Shown here one piece after another: positions 1-13,442 of a stretch of 64,000 bases of DNA. The position numbers and the translations under genes are program-made. Under the pieces are notes generated by a model, which saw only the letters and a program-made list of their open reading frames with translations, was not told the origin of the DNA and searched no databases. This stretch comes from Trichinella spiralis. Lineage: Eukaryota. Within the stretch, counting starts at the first letter, position 1. Each line of letters starts with the position of its first letter. The stretch spans positions 2,003,854 to 2,067,853 of the forward strand of contig NW_003526940.1 of the NCBI RefSeq assembly GCF_000181795.1, written 5' to 3'.

Positions 1-74
1 TGTTTTTATTGAATATATTTTCAATTAATAAAGCAATTTTGGAAAATTCCTAGAAATAAAATTTTAAATTCTAC

Positions 75-2710
75 CTGAGCATCCATACATCGATGGCTTT
101 GATGTAGGAGACACGTGGCAAGTTGCTGATTATGTTGCCAAATTGAAATGTCATTGCCAACAGTGCGTTCACACCGAGCATTGTTCGTGCGGGCAAAGCC
201 ATCGTACCCAAGTGAAAAGATATCCAAGAAATTATAATAATCAAATAAGTTGGTATATAACCTTGAAAAATGTACCAACCATATCGACGTTGAAAGACGA
301 ACGTTATTGTCAATTCATCCCACCAACCTGCAGGATATTCCTAAATTTAAAAAAATTATTGAAATGTTCAAGTTTGCATATTATACATATATATTCAAGT
401 CATTAACAACGATAATATTTATTTTTCAAAAAAATGATTTAAAAATTCCAGATAGGTAAAGAATATCATGCTGAAAATGGAACAATTTCTTTTTCCCTCA
501 AACGAAAAAATCCTAATTTTTTCAAAAAAATTCAATAATAATTCAGGTACTTTTCAATTTATATTAAAATCAATTTTTGATTTCCACCTTAAATTTGATA
601 ATACAGTATATTTTTCTGTAATTGACAAAATATGCATTGCAATTTTTGCAGTATTTGAACCCGGTAAGTTTGTGTTTGGCTTGTTTTGACGAAAGAGAAA
701 AAATAATAATGGAATGCCACGAGCCGGGATCGAACCAGCGACCTTTAGATCTTCAGTCTAACGCTCTCCCTGCTGAGCTATCGCGGCTCTGCATTTGTCT
801 CATGTAATGTGTGTTATTATTTCATAATTGTAAAAAATACCAAATGAACGACAACAACAATAACAACAGGACTGTGTTTTTATGTTAATTGTTAATACAA
901 GCCAAACACAGGCTTTAAGGATTGCAACTGAATTTAGAAGAACCTTTTTTTAATGAAAACAAACAGTAAAGCGCATTGCATGCAATTATGGAGGGGTAAA
1001 CATATGAAACATTGTCACATTGGTCATACAAAACTTTGAAAATAAATGAAAAAATAAGTTATACCTGAGAGTAATATTTGTATTTACTAGTTGAACAATC
1101 AAATATGATTCTCATCAGATTATGCTTAAAATATCTTTCATATATGTAGAATTAAACAACATTATAATCAAAAAAATATACTTGCAATAATTACGTTTAT
1201 ACAATTACATAGCAGTAATCAATTTTTTTTTCATTGCACGACATTTCACAGAAATTAAAATTAGTTATTTGAAAATTTGAAATAAAAAATAAGTTGAACA
1301 GCAAAATAAGTGGTGATCATATTTGATAAAGTTGCATTTATAAGCCGTCCTTTTGGAAAATTAAAAATAAAGGACAACAAATGTATAAAATTGAAACTTC
1401 TCATGACCAGAACTGACTTTTATCATACACGGAAGTGTGTTAATCGATAATTTTTCTAGTTATTAATTATGAAATTAACTGCAACCGGAGAGATGCTTTG
1501 TGCGCTTTAATATTATTACAGAGAAAATTCTTTTAACATTAATAATTAAGAAAAGGTTTTAGACTGAAAAACAGAAATTATAATTCAAATTATACAGAAT
1601 GTTGATTAATTGGAATTGAAAAGGAAAAGGTTAATTTTTTTTTCTTCAGAAATTCCATTAAAAATACCACCAGTATAATAAAGAAACATAAAAATTTTGA
1701 AATTAGATAAATTTTGTGCTCAAATAATAAATTTGTCTTCTTTGAAAATGACAAAGCTGAAAATTAAGCAAGACGTTCAAAAGTTGGTGGAAAAATTAAA
1801 AAGGAAATTCATTGAGACAGTTTTGGCAGTCGTGTGTGCATCATTGGGGATTTGCAGTTTTTCAATTTAACTCTCCAATTGTGAAGCGATTTTTGAAGCT
1901 GAGCTGCGACTAACAAAGCGTGCATGCGTATGTATGCATGTATTAAGTATTTGTGTGTGATTTATTCGATCAAGCAGACATCAAGCTTACCACGTTTTCA
2001 GTTGTTGCGAGCGTTTTGACAATGGTAAAATCCGGCAGTTCTGTATTGCCCAGTATGGATATAGGCTGTTGTTCGCTCCAGAGCATTTGTACCTCGTGAT
2101 TGTTGTAATTGAAGCTGAGGAAAGTGAGCGAGCAACGTTGCTCGTCCATGGGAAAATTTCGAAGTTCCATTTGACAAGGACCGGTCAATTTGATCCTGTA
2201 GTTGGTCCAGACGCTTCCGTTGTTGTAGATCATCAAGAAGATGTTGGTAAAAGGCGACTTGTGAATGAAGGCCTCTTTGCTGTTGATGAAGCACGTGTTC
2301 GGGGTCCAAATTTTTTCCAACATTGAATTGTCAAGCGAGATGTTCGGTTTGCAAGGATTGAGGTGGTCAAATCTCAATCTAGGATCTTCCCACATTTCGT
2401 TCAAATAGAGATCCACTTCGAAATCTTGCGTCTGTTCAGAAATGCTCGTGATCGACTGGATCCACATTTCCAAGCGTACTTTGACTCCAAAAGGCTTCGG
2501 CAGTCTGTATTTATTGTAGCCGCTGCGGTCAAAGTCGACCAGCTGATGCATCACATCGATATCGTGAGTACAGTCGGATCTTTGATCACGTAACGGTTCA
2601 TTGATGTCCAAATGTTTCGGTTCAGATGAGCAACCAACATTTAGCCACGTTAGCAGAATGATAAAATTGAAAACAAACAGGCGAACAAAACAGCCAACAA
2701 TTACGGTCAT
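75..2710 (-). CDS. Cys-loop ligand-gated chloride channel subunit (ACC/LGC-46-like); 3' end runs off the window. Exons ~1991-2710 and 75-340
   Basis: Hydrophobic N-terminus (MTVIVG...), [12 protein letters not shown], Cys-loop [15 protein letters not shown], phase-0 splice [19 protein letters not shown] before M1, anion-selectivity PAR motif before M2, [13 protein letters not shown]. Confidence 0.92.
715..787 (-). tRNA. tRNA-Phe(GAA), intronic in the channel gene
   Basis: 73 nt GCCGCGA..TAGCTCAG..CTGAAGA..GGTTCGATCCC..TCGTGGCA; cloverleaf, A/B boxes, T-run downstream. Confidence 0.97.
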
Positions 2711-5700
2711 TGGCAAATAAAAATGACAGAATAACAATTCAATCAGGGCAGTGTTGGATGAGCAAAACCATAAAAGCCTTTATGTTATCTGGTAAAAGTG
2801 GGAAGAAAGCTGAAAAAAAATATGAAAGAATAAATAAATTGCAAATAAGATATGTTGTTGTTGTACTTTACCTGAAAAGTGAAAAATTATAATATAATTT
2901 CAAATAGTCTGACGATGTTGTTCGATCATGCGCGCAGAAAGCTGAAATGAAGAAGAGCAAATTGTACTGGATGAATGGTTGGTTGGTTGGTTAAGCTGGT
3001 GGTTGGTTAGCTGGCTGTTACAAAGCATCAGATCCTCCTCGGTGAAAGAAGGACGATCAATTGACTAACTGATTTATGTTAGCCATCTCCAGTGCATCGA
3101 TTCTTTACAAGTGATGCTTTCCCCTTTGGGACGTCGCTTTAACTGCCGCTGTTGACTCGCACGACTAATGAAGATGCATTGTGCTTCTTATTCTCTCCAA
3201 GAGATGTACGTCACTATCGCGCGCATGTCAGAAGTTGAATTTGAAAATAATTTTCAAAAACCTTCTCCTCTCCTCACATTTCATTCAAATTTCCACTTCT
3301 GTCTACTCGTTTTGTTCTGCCATTTACTTTACCTTTCACACCTTATTTTTTAAAAATTCTCTTATAATTTTTGATTTGATTTCATTAATTATGAAAATTT
3401 TCTTTCTATTGTTTTTTATTTTGTTTAATTCATTTCAATAAATCACACGCTCATAGCACAGATGCAGAACAACATAACAGCGCACTTCGATTCAATTTGC
3501 ACTGCCTCGAGCTTTATTATTATTATTAATATTCAATGAGTAGGATTCTCTTGAGATTTGAAAAATTTATTCATACAAATTCCATTTCATTCGAAAAACA
3601 TGTTGAAAATAATGAATGCACTTTAATTTTGATTTTTCATAAAATTAAACTTTATTAAATTAAAACTTAATTAATCAATTTGTACATAATTTTTAAACTT
3701 TTTTAATAAAACAATTTTAAAAAGTACATTTAATTGTTAAAAAATAAACAAAAAAATCAATTATAATTAATTTATTAAAAATACAAAATGAACAAGAATT
3801 TTGTAACTTTTGTTAATATTGAATTTCAATAATTTATTAACTGAAAATGTATTTTCATTTTAATCTCTTTTGTCCATGGATTAAGAAACATCAATTTATA
3901 ATACAAATTTTTTTTTCAAAAGATGCCAAACCTGAACAAAAATTTCAATTTACTTTATGCATTTATATTTTATTTAATTGGAAAAGCTTACACCAGAAAA
4001 AAATAGTTATTTATCAATAATAATAATACCAATTTGTGTAGAAATGAAAATTTCGAACAAGAAAAAAAAGGAAATGGTTGTTGACTGAAATTGACTGATC
4101 TCAAAATTTAAAAATTTATGAAATAAGCAATATTACGTTTTTTTGGAAAATTATTAATAATTACGATCAGCTCCTCGATTGGACCGGAAGAGAAATTGAA
4201 AAAAGAAAAGTCATCCAGTCAAGTGATCACCATCGTAAAGCATTGATTATTAATCAGTTGAACTGGTCAAATGGAGATGAGCTATTTTTTAAATGAAATG
4301 CGAAAAAGGAAAACGAGTGGGGAAATTTCATTTGGGAAACTTTTCCAAATGGGCATATTATTTAAATTTGGAAGTTGAATTTAGTTCAATCACAAAAGGC
4401 AAAGATAAATTTTGTATTTTATGCAAATGAGATGTGGAATTTTGTCAATCTTTGAAAAAGTATTTTTTAAAATAGTGATAGATATATATATATATAATTT
4501 CAAAAATATTGTGGACAGTTTTTCAATTGTCGTAAAAATATCGATATTTCACAAGTAGCTAGTATTTTTTCTTCTTCTTCTTCTTATTATTACATGACTT
4601 GAAGCATAGTAAAAAGCTCACGTGAATGCTTACTTCTTTTTTTTTCTCATATTATCAAAAAACCAACCAAGTACCAAATTGAGGAAATGGAAGCAAAAGT
4701 GAAAAGATGGACAAATGTTGAACGACAGACAATTGGAACACTTGCAGACGTTTTAATGATCCGTTGAATTAATCGTCTGTAAAAGCCGGTGCAAAAGGGG
4801 CGGCGGCTTGCTTGTTCACTTCAATCTCTGCTGCTATCAGGCCGTTTTTGCTTCACTTCACAAAGCCATTAACGAATGCAATTTCAATTTTAATTTCTTC
4901 GTTCTCTTCATTTTTTTCTTTTCTCATGCAAAACTTCTATTAAACTACACTCTCGAATATATGCATCATATACAACAACAACTGCACGTCGAGGCAAATT
5001 TACCACAAAAATTTCCATCCTGAACAGAAAGAAAAACAGCTGTTCAAAATTGCCTCAATCAGCTGTTGTTTATTGGGCGGTACGAAAGTAATTAAATTTT
5101 TTTTTACGAATTTTAAATGCAAATTCTTTTTTCGATAATTGATCAAACTTAAACACTTCATATGTTCGTGTTTTGGCATTGTTTTCGGTGATAATTGTAA
5201 AATTTCAACTTCACTGATTCCATCAGCCGAAAACAACACTACTACTTTGATTTGGGATTGCTTTTAACAATTTAATTTTTTACTGCATTTTCATCAATTC
5301 AGTAAAAAGAATTCAATTTGATGTAAAAAGTCACAAAGTGGAAAAGCTTTCTCTAAATGCAATAAATAAATAAATAAATAAACAAAAAAAACAAATATCA
5401 TCAGTTCCTAGATCTTAACGGAATGCATGTTGCACAATGTTCAGCAGTTGCTTTGATCACGCGGATTCACATTAGCGCACGGGATCGACAAAAACAGATT
5501 GAGAGAGTGAAAATAAAAAAAGAGAGGAAGAGATGAATTTTTAAATAATCAAAAAAGAAGACAAGAAAATAATAACGGCATTTTTTATAACAAGAAAAAC
5601 ATGAATGTTTATTTCATTGTTTTCTTTTTTGTTTGTTGTTGTTGTTGTTGTAATTTATTTTGCATAAAAAGGAAGAAGAGAAAGAAAAAATGAAGCAAAA

Positions 5701-5738
5701 GTTGTGCGTGCATATGCGCGCAGTATGTTAGATAATTT

Positions 5739-6419
5739 TCAACGTCGAGCTCGTTTGCGCACTGAATCGCACTCGTCCCCGTGGCTGGATATTACGCGTT
5801 TTTTGGAGTTGCGATAACAAGCTTGTTGGAAAAATTCACCCAAATCGTTGGGAACTCGCAACGCTTCGTTGAACATCAGCATCATGCCCGTGTGTTCTTT
5901 GACCGGGGAGGGCGTGGTCTGATTGCTGTTGGTCAAAGGGGACTCCTTTTCCACCGGACTCACTATCAAGCCGTGACTTTTTGCCGAAGCTTGACGATTC
6001 ATCAACAACGCTTCGAGATCATCCTTCTTCAAATACATGTACGGTTGACTGTGCATCCACGACAATAGTTCTCGAGCCAACATTTGACGACCCGCACTAG
6101 TACCTCTTTCATATCCCTGCCTGAACGCATCATTTGCACCTGCAATTCATACGTCAAACACTATTTGCTTATTCAATTTTCAAATTATAGCTGTCTCACT
6201 TTTGTAAAAACGTGTTGTAGCTATCGCACTTTTTGTGAACGCCGCCCAAGTTGGGATGTGGAAGAGTTCAGCAACGGAATTTGCCACGCTGATAAAATCG
6301 CCATAAAAACGATCTTCGATAGCTTCGGCCAAATTCACATCCGCATTAGCATCGATTGTTGGGTCTTCAACAGCAACTGGACGCCGATATCGACGGGGCC
6401 CATCACCACAATCAGTCAT
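5739..6419 (-). CDS. HAPSTR1: HAPSTR1/C16orf72 (UPF0472/DUF4588)-like protein; exons 6200-6419 and 5739-6139
   Basis: Spliced product FISVANSVAELF..WAAFTKSAIATTRFYKS..FRQGYERG..ARELLSW..LKKDDLEALL resembles, from memory, the HAPSTR1 core (FQNSATAVAQLY..FQNAATAVTNLYKES..VLAWVKK..IRREDLISFL); basic C-terminal NLS RKRARR; 60-nt GT-AG intron. Confidence 0.75.
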
Positions 6420-9400
6420 TGAATTTAAAATCAACTGAAATCAACAACGCAAATAACAAATACAATTCATACCAAAAAATATATATATAAACTATGTGCA
6501 TTTTTACATACAACGTATTATATTTCAAACTCATCACATCCGAACAAAGTAATATTTAAAATAATAATAATAATAATAAAACATCAATTCCGTGTGCTGA
6601 ATGGAAAACAAAAATTCTGAAACAACTTGGAACCTTCATATTCAAGTATTTATTTTACATTGAAAAGCAAATAATTCACTAATGTCAACAAGACACTGTT
6701 TTCTATTCTTCCCAAATCTTAAAGGCGTTTCACAAAACGTCCACTTATCAATTCTGGTAAACAATACAAAACATAAAAAGTGAATTTTTAATTGTACGCA
6801 TATCTTTGCAAGAAAAAAAAACTTATCACATTATTCATAATGCTGGCAATGATGATAACATTGAACTAAACGTCAACCACGTAAAATATTATTCCGCGAA
6901 ATATGAAAAAAAAACCTATTCTTTCATCAGGTCAGTTTAAACTTGAAATCACACGAAAAAATACACGCAAAACAGTCATATGCAATCAAGTTGACTTCGA
7001 AAACTTGCTTCTCTATACGGAGAAAAATTTCATTCATATTCATATTTATTTCTTCAACGAAAATGATTCAAAACATGCGATGCAAATGAAACTCTCTCAA
7101 TGTCAATTCAACAAAACGCTGAGCCGGAAATGGTGAAAAAAAATATCCAAAAATATCACTCACATTCTCAAAATTAAACATGGAAACTGATTAACATTAA
7201 AAAGGATAATTTTTCAATAAGAATAATAATAAATTTAATAAAATTACAAACCTGGTTAGTGTGTTGGCAAGAAGGACAAATTACCCAGAGATGACAAAGC
7301 AGTGATTTGCCTCAATACCACCGTCTGAGAAAACAAAATGCTGAACCAGTGCAATATTGAAACAAAACACCTAAATATATTGTTATTAAAAATCACTTGA
7401 TAAAAAATAATTTCTACAGCGCGTAGTGGATAGATTCTAAAAATTGATAAGACAGACGCAAATTCAAATATAAACAGTACAGAACTGTTAGAGCAAAACA
7501 AAATCAACTGCAATTCTTTTTGAAAATGCTGACCGAATTCTGAAATCTTCCAATTTTAAATCAATCTTTCTCATAGACGTTTGTAAATTGGACTACAAAA
7601 AAACAAATGCATGCACAAATTCCCATGCAACGTACAACTGTTTCTTGCTTTTCGAGTTCGAAAATGAAGATCAACATACAAGTCAAATTTGCAAATTTAA
7701 CAATTTAAAAAACAATTTATGAAATCACCATGCAATCAGAATTAACCTTGATATAGAATTTAAAAATCTGTTATTCAAGCTAGAGAATTGGTTACCGGAC
7801 AAGGACAGCCTTGAGAAAAAAACAAACTGTATAAAAAATAACTAAAACTGCTCAAGAAATCGTAAATAATAATAAGAAGAAGAAAATACATCAAGCAAAA
7901 GTATCAAACGTAGTACATCTAATGAAAATTCTGATGCTACTAAATTGTTTTCATTCCAATCTGATTACTTACTTTCAGACAAACACAAACAACAACAACA
8001 ACAAAGTCATCATTCTTATAAACAAGGACAAACAGAGATATCTGCAATTTATTTTCTCAATACATTCAACAATATAATCGAAAACTACACTGAGTGGTGA
8101 AAAAATTACTTTAAAAAAATTAATTTCAACAAATCAAAAAAAAATATAATCTATAAAACAAAGTAAACATAGGAAACCAAAAATTGTAATTTATTTTTAT
8201 AAATTTATTAAATAAATTAAAAAAAAATTTTCTGAAGCGATTTAAAAAAATTGAGATAATGCTAAAATTACCAGTTCAATATAGCAAGCGAACACTTACC
8301 ACGAATACTCAAGAATGAATATATAGCTCAATGTAAATGGTATACTGTAATTTAAAATGCAAGTATGATGTAAAACTAATGTGATGACACTATTAAATAA
8401 ATTCAATAAAATCTCAAATTATGAATATTTTATTTTTTACGAACATATAATAATTAATTATTTTCATACATTTGAACAAAATGCAATAAAATATGATGGA
8501 TCAAATTTTATGTACAATAAATCAGAAAAATAATGCGAATATTAAAATTATGAAAATTATTCAGGTATTTTAATAAAAATGATATTTTTTTATTTTTGTC
8601 ATTTTTTATGAAGTATTATGAATTGTTATGACTGGTAAATCTGCGAAACAGTCAAAAATTGAAAACTATAGCTTTAAAAGGCAAATAACAAAATGGTTCA
8701 CTTAATCAATACTGTACATGATTTGATTTCAAAATTTTAAACAATAAAATACAGTATACATTTGCGTTAAATATAATAAAGCAATTTCGAACACAAGCAC
8801 AACTTTTGATACTGCTAAGGATTCTTGTGCAATACTTCATAGAATTTGCATGCAAGATGTAAACAAAATAAATGTAATATGCTGTGACGTGAAGAATTTG
8901 TATTCAATTTTCAGAAAATATGACGTAATACCAGTTGATTTTATTTTTACTTGTCCTATATATTTTGTTGATTGTCTGATAATTGTCCATTTACTTTTTA
9001 ATATTAAAAAGTTGCTTTGTCGTTACAGCTGTTGTTAAAAAGTAAATTTCCATTTGAGTTTACCAAATACTTCATAAAGCAACATTCATTTGATTAATTA
9101 ATGGATAAAGAAATATTGCCCATAAATACCCTTGCCTTTTCAATCTGAACCATGTCACAACGAATAAATATCAAACATAAAGGTGAAAATGTTTTAAAAA
9201 AACATCATTACTATTAAAAGCATCTGCGCACTGTTCATAGTGTATATCTACTTTAAATTTCCATATTTAAAGAAGGCCAAAATGACAACTTTTCAAAATG
9301 CTATTCTTTCGAAAGAACACATAAAAATTAGGGTAATGCAATCAAACAAAAATTTATTTTGTTCCTCAAATTTTTAAAGTATACTGCAACAAATAAATTA

Positions 9401-10889
9401 AAAATAATATATGAAAGGTACTATAATGCTAAGTACAGTATTGAAATAACTCAAGTAATTATTTGTAATTCAATGACAAATGTGATTATGTTTAAAAACG
9501 ATGTTTAGCTAAATACGATCATTACTATCTTACGTATATTAACGTCAGGAACGTATATTTATAATACATGCAATATTCTCAGTGATTAACAAAGTAATTC
9601 AATTATTAAATATCACTGTTGGAAATTTTGTTCTATAATTAGACGCATGGCCGTGTCGTAGTTGCATCGTTCCAAAATATCATCACGTCAAAACTAGCGC
9701 ACCTGTTCAGCTAAATCCGTTAGTACTTCAGAACTCGACTGTGTATTTGGTGAATTAGATGATGCAATAAATAAGCATTACGACTGGATTATTTCGATTG
9801 TGCGTGTGAGATAGTACATGATACAATAAGTACTGCGATTGTAACTTATATTACAAGCCACTTTTAAGTCACAATAGCAACTTGAATGCAAATACACTGA
9901 TACCAACCGCTACCAAGTAATTACTCCATTAACTCACTTACGAACTGCCTCTTCTAGGTATTTCGTCCGCTCTTCTTCTATATCGTTCAACAGCTGGGAG
10001 ATTACATCTGGGAATCCTAATCAAATGATAACAACCAAAAAAGTTAGACAGCAACAGTCAACTATCAAACGTAAACTAATGTAAACGAAACAATGCTAAT
10101 CAAAGATATCCATCAAAAACTAATCCAAACATCAACATCCCGACCAAAACTGTAAATTATATATTTTTTCAATGTGGGCAAGGTTGCCACCGAATCAGCT
10201 ATGGATACTTGGCTGCGCTTTCTTGATAATTTGTGAAATTATATTGTTCTAAGTGCATCTGGAAAAATCTTAATGACGATGGGTGACCAGCCTCTTCGAT
10301 GACTGGCATACATCGCAGTCAAAGTGGAAACAACGAAAAGAAGCATATCCTTCATCAAAGAGATACAATGTCTTGCTTTTACAATTTCATCGAGCTTTGT
10401 GAAAAGTTCCCTGTCGACTACTTTAAACCCCTGAACTCACAGGCTTCTAAGAGATTGATTTATGTCTCGTTTGACAACAGATGTGGTTGAAGACAAAGGT
10501 ATCTTTGCACTTGAATTGTCAATTGCAGGTGTCAATGCTGATTCTGACTTCTCCATTCACTGTGGAGAAATGCGGTTACATCCTAAAGTAGTAATTGCAA
10601 CAGACCAGATGACTGATGACACTTTCACTAAATTTGTCTCGCCAAGTCTGCCATCGCATGTCGTTATGGAAAATGTAGGTCTGGTTGTTATGGCGATTTG
10701 TAAGACAATCGAGCAAGATATGATAGGCTAGCAGATGACTGCACGTTGTATAACAACTTAGCGCCATCATGAATATTGAATAGAGATGGAAAGAAAATTT
10801 TGAAAGGAACCGATTTCACTATGGAAAAGAGTTTGCCATCCAGAGGCCAGAATCGCAAGACTAGACCCAGATCAGAGACTTAAACCGCG

Positions 10890-11790
10890 CCGGATGGAGG
10901 CATTTATCCACGACCGACAGCAGGACCACGATTCAGTTGCCAGTCGCCCGTGCAATGGGGCACGAAAAGAAAGGAAAGGCACGGATGGTCAATTGCTTGT
11001 TAGTCTTCCCCCTGACGTTGCGGACGAGTTGGAATTACAAAGTCCGACGCGCTATGACCGCACAGATGTGAACGGCTTCAACGCGAGAATCGCTAATGTT
11101 CGTCAACTACGGTTCCGCCTCACCCCTGTACATCCCGATGTCTGAAAGAGGGAATTGAGTTGACGGCCCTTAATATCACCGAAATAGTCTGCCGAATATT
11201 TGTGATGACCTTATTGCCAAGGAACTTCTCAACATCGCTGCATCGACCTTGGATGGAAGCTACAATCTCATCTGGTCGCTATCCTCCTCCGCTTTAGTTC
11301 ATCCCGAATCTGGATACAAGCGGACATCGAAAAGATGTATCTGCAAATCGGCCGTCTCTAAGAAGATCGAGAGCTGTGTCGGTTTATGTGGCAAAAAGCG
11401 ATTCTAGAGCTCCTGCATAGAAGATAGACATCGGATCGGTAACCAATCTTCTCCTCCTTGGCCATGATGGTGATGGGACACCACGCGAAGGGTCGCGAAA
11501 ACGTTGACGGCACTGACCGACAAGGTTTTATCAGACATTTATGTAGACCACCTCAAGACAGGTTGCGACCGAAATGAAGAGACCCAAACTCTAGTCCTGC
11601 AGGTCTCTGAAGTCATGAGCACTGGCGGTTTTGTGAAGAAAAAAACGGCTAATAATGACCCAGCAGCTGTCGCCTACTTACCTTCGGAGGCAGTGTCTCC
11701 GGTCGAAATGAACCCACTGTGGAAAGCCCTCTGTCTCTATTGGAACCGCCTGAGAGACAGGCACTCTGGCGTTCATGCCACCCGGCAGAG
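10890..11790 (+). mobile_element. Degenerate BEL/Pao LTR retrotransposon pol fragment
   Basis: ADIEKMYLQI..EDRELCRFMW (~11320) and DIYVDHL (YVDD-like) RT motifs, interrupted by stops and frameshifts. Confidence 0.8.
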
Positions 11791-12105
11791 ATAAATCCCC
11801 TGATATCCACATATCTCATACGTCGCGCCGTTCACCATCTGAGCAAAGAAGTTGCTCTGGGCCGTTTGACTCATGGACATCAAGAAATGTTCTTTTCTGT
11901 ACAGAATTACATTCACCATTTGATCACAATAAAAGCAAATCAATGACTCATCCGAAAATCTGTTAAATATTAATCAGCGCAAACACAATAATAAATTGCT
12001 ATTCCCCGTAGTAAAATTCTAATTTTTCATTTTAAATTATCACATAATCACACCATTTCCAGCTAAAAAATTCAAATTATTAAATATTCAAAATCATCCG
12101 CCGTA

Positions 12106-12687
12106 CAGTCAAACTTGGATAAGAGCAAATGGAATTTGGCAAGAATCTCCATAAACTTATCCAAGTTGCGCACTTATCGAAAATGGGGAATTATGCAGAG
12201 TAATTGAAAGGAGCAACAACTTCACATTTATGAATATGTTTCATGCAAAAAATGTATATTTATTTGAAATAAAATAGTCGGAAATGTGGGTTGAAATTAT
12301 ATTTTGTGACACTAGCATTACAATCTGATCTTCAATTCAGTCTAGGTTTGTCTGATTTTGCTGTTTTTGCAAAAATACGACTGAATTGCCACCATATCTG
12401 CGACAGCTTCCTTGTGAGTAACTTCCTGGGAAAGCAGAAGTTGTTCAGACTTTGGGCTAGATCACATTGTTTATGATAAACGTACTTATTCTAATATAGC
12501 GAATAGTAAACTTCATCATGTATGAATAGTTGCTATGGCTGATGACAAACGTAAAGCGACTGGGAATGTGCCTATTGTCTATTTGAGGACTATGTATTGC
12601 GAACAGTAAATCTCGTGTGCCTCAGCAAAATGATGCATTTAACCAAGTTTGGCACTAATCTAGTGTGCACCTAACCAAGTTCGACTG
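12106..12687 (+). mobile_element. MITE (Tc1/mariner-pogo-like), copy A
   Basis: TIRs CAGTCAAACTTGG ... CCAAGTTCGACTG, TA on the left flank, several related copies in the window. Confidence 0.8.
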
Positions 12688-12944
12688 CAGATGAAAACAT
12701 TTATTTTAATAAAATTTATAAATTCCAATGAACTTTTGCATCATAAAAATTATTTTATTTTGAAATATTTCATAAACATTTTTAAATTAGGAAAACAGCG
12801 TCATATTCATATACAAACAAGTCAGTCAAAACTTATGAATTTTATGTGAAAGATAATAGAATAAACTTCAGAAAGCAGTTAAAACATACATGAAATGCAA
12901 AAATGAATAAGAAAATAAGTGATAAAAAATGACAATTATGGTAG

Positions 12945-13442
12945 TTATTCAGTGCTCATTTCAACGGCAGTAGTACAGCCAGATATAAACTGGCTGTAGC
13001 GAGATTGGAAGAACTTCACATACAGTATTTCAACTCCAAAACAGCTCGGCGTGAAAAGCGAAAGGAAGAAAATGCATTTCGGTAACCAATAGATTGCAAT
13101 AAACAGAAGATTGTAGCCAGCAAATAAATCAAAAATTGTAAACAAACCAAAAATAACCCAATAAAACATCCACTGCTTGCATTTGCTTTTCTCAATGGAT
13201 TCCATCTCTGCTAAAGTTTTCATTACTGGATAGACAATGCAAATCAAGTCGCACAACAATTTTACTGCAGGGTTGTATATAGCCAACAGCATACAAATCA
13301 CACCAGCCAGCACAATCGCAGCTTGATAACGACTTCGACCACTTTTTTGCTCAATTTTACCAAAAAGTTTGCCAACCAATGCGCTGTCATCATTGATGGC
13401 ATCGGCAACATCCTTGCAAATACTTCGGACAATTTTTTCCAT
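12945..13442 (-). CDS. REEP5/DP1/Yop1 (TB2/DP1/HVA22 family) protein, intronless copy 1, 165 aa
   Basis: Two hydrophobic hairpins, IVYPV..E, QWMFYWVIFGLF, YWLPKCIFFLSL..GVEILY; ATG at 13442. Confidence 0.88.
   Translation of the reverse strand: MEKIVRSICKDVADAINDDSALVGKLFGKIEQKSGRSRYQAAIVLAGVICMLLAIYNPAVKLLCDLICIVYPVMKTLAEMESIEKSKCKQWMFYWVIFGLFTIFDLFAGYNLLFIAIYWLPKCIFFLSLFTPSCFGVEILYVKFFQSRYSQFISGCTTAVEMSTE

Noticed and set aside
9618..9855. Possible solo LTR (TG...CA with AATAAA)
   Set aside because: No TSD and no second copy in the window
10200..10770. Short ORFs on both strands upstream of the BEL remnant
   Set aside because: No recognisable motif; probably decayed repeat
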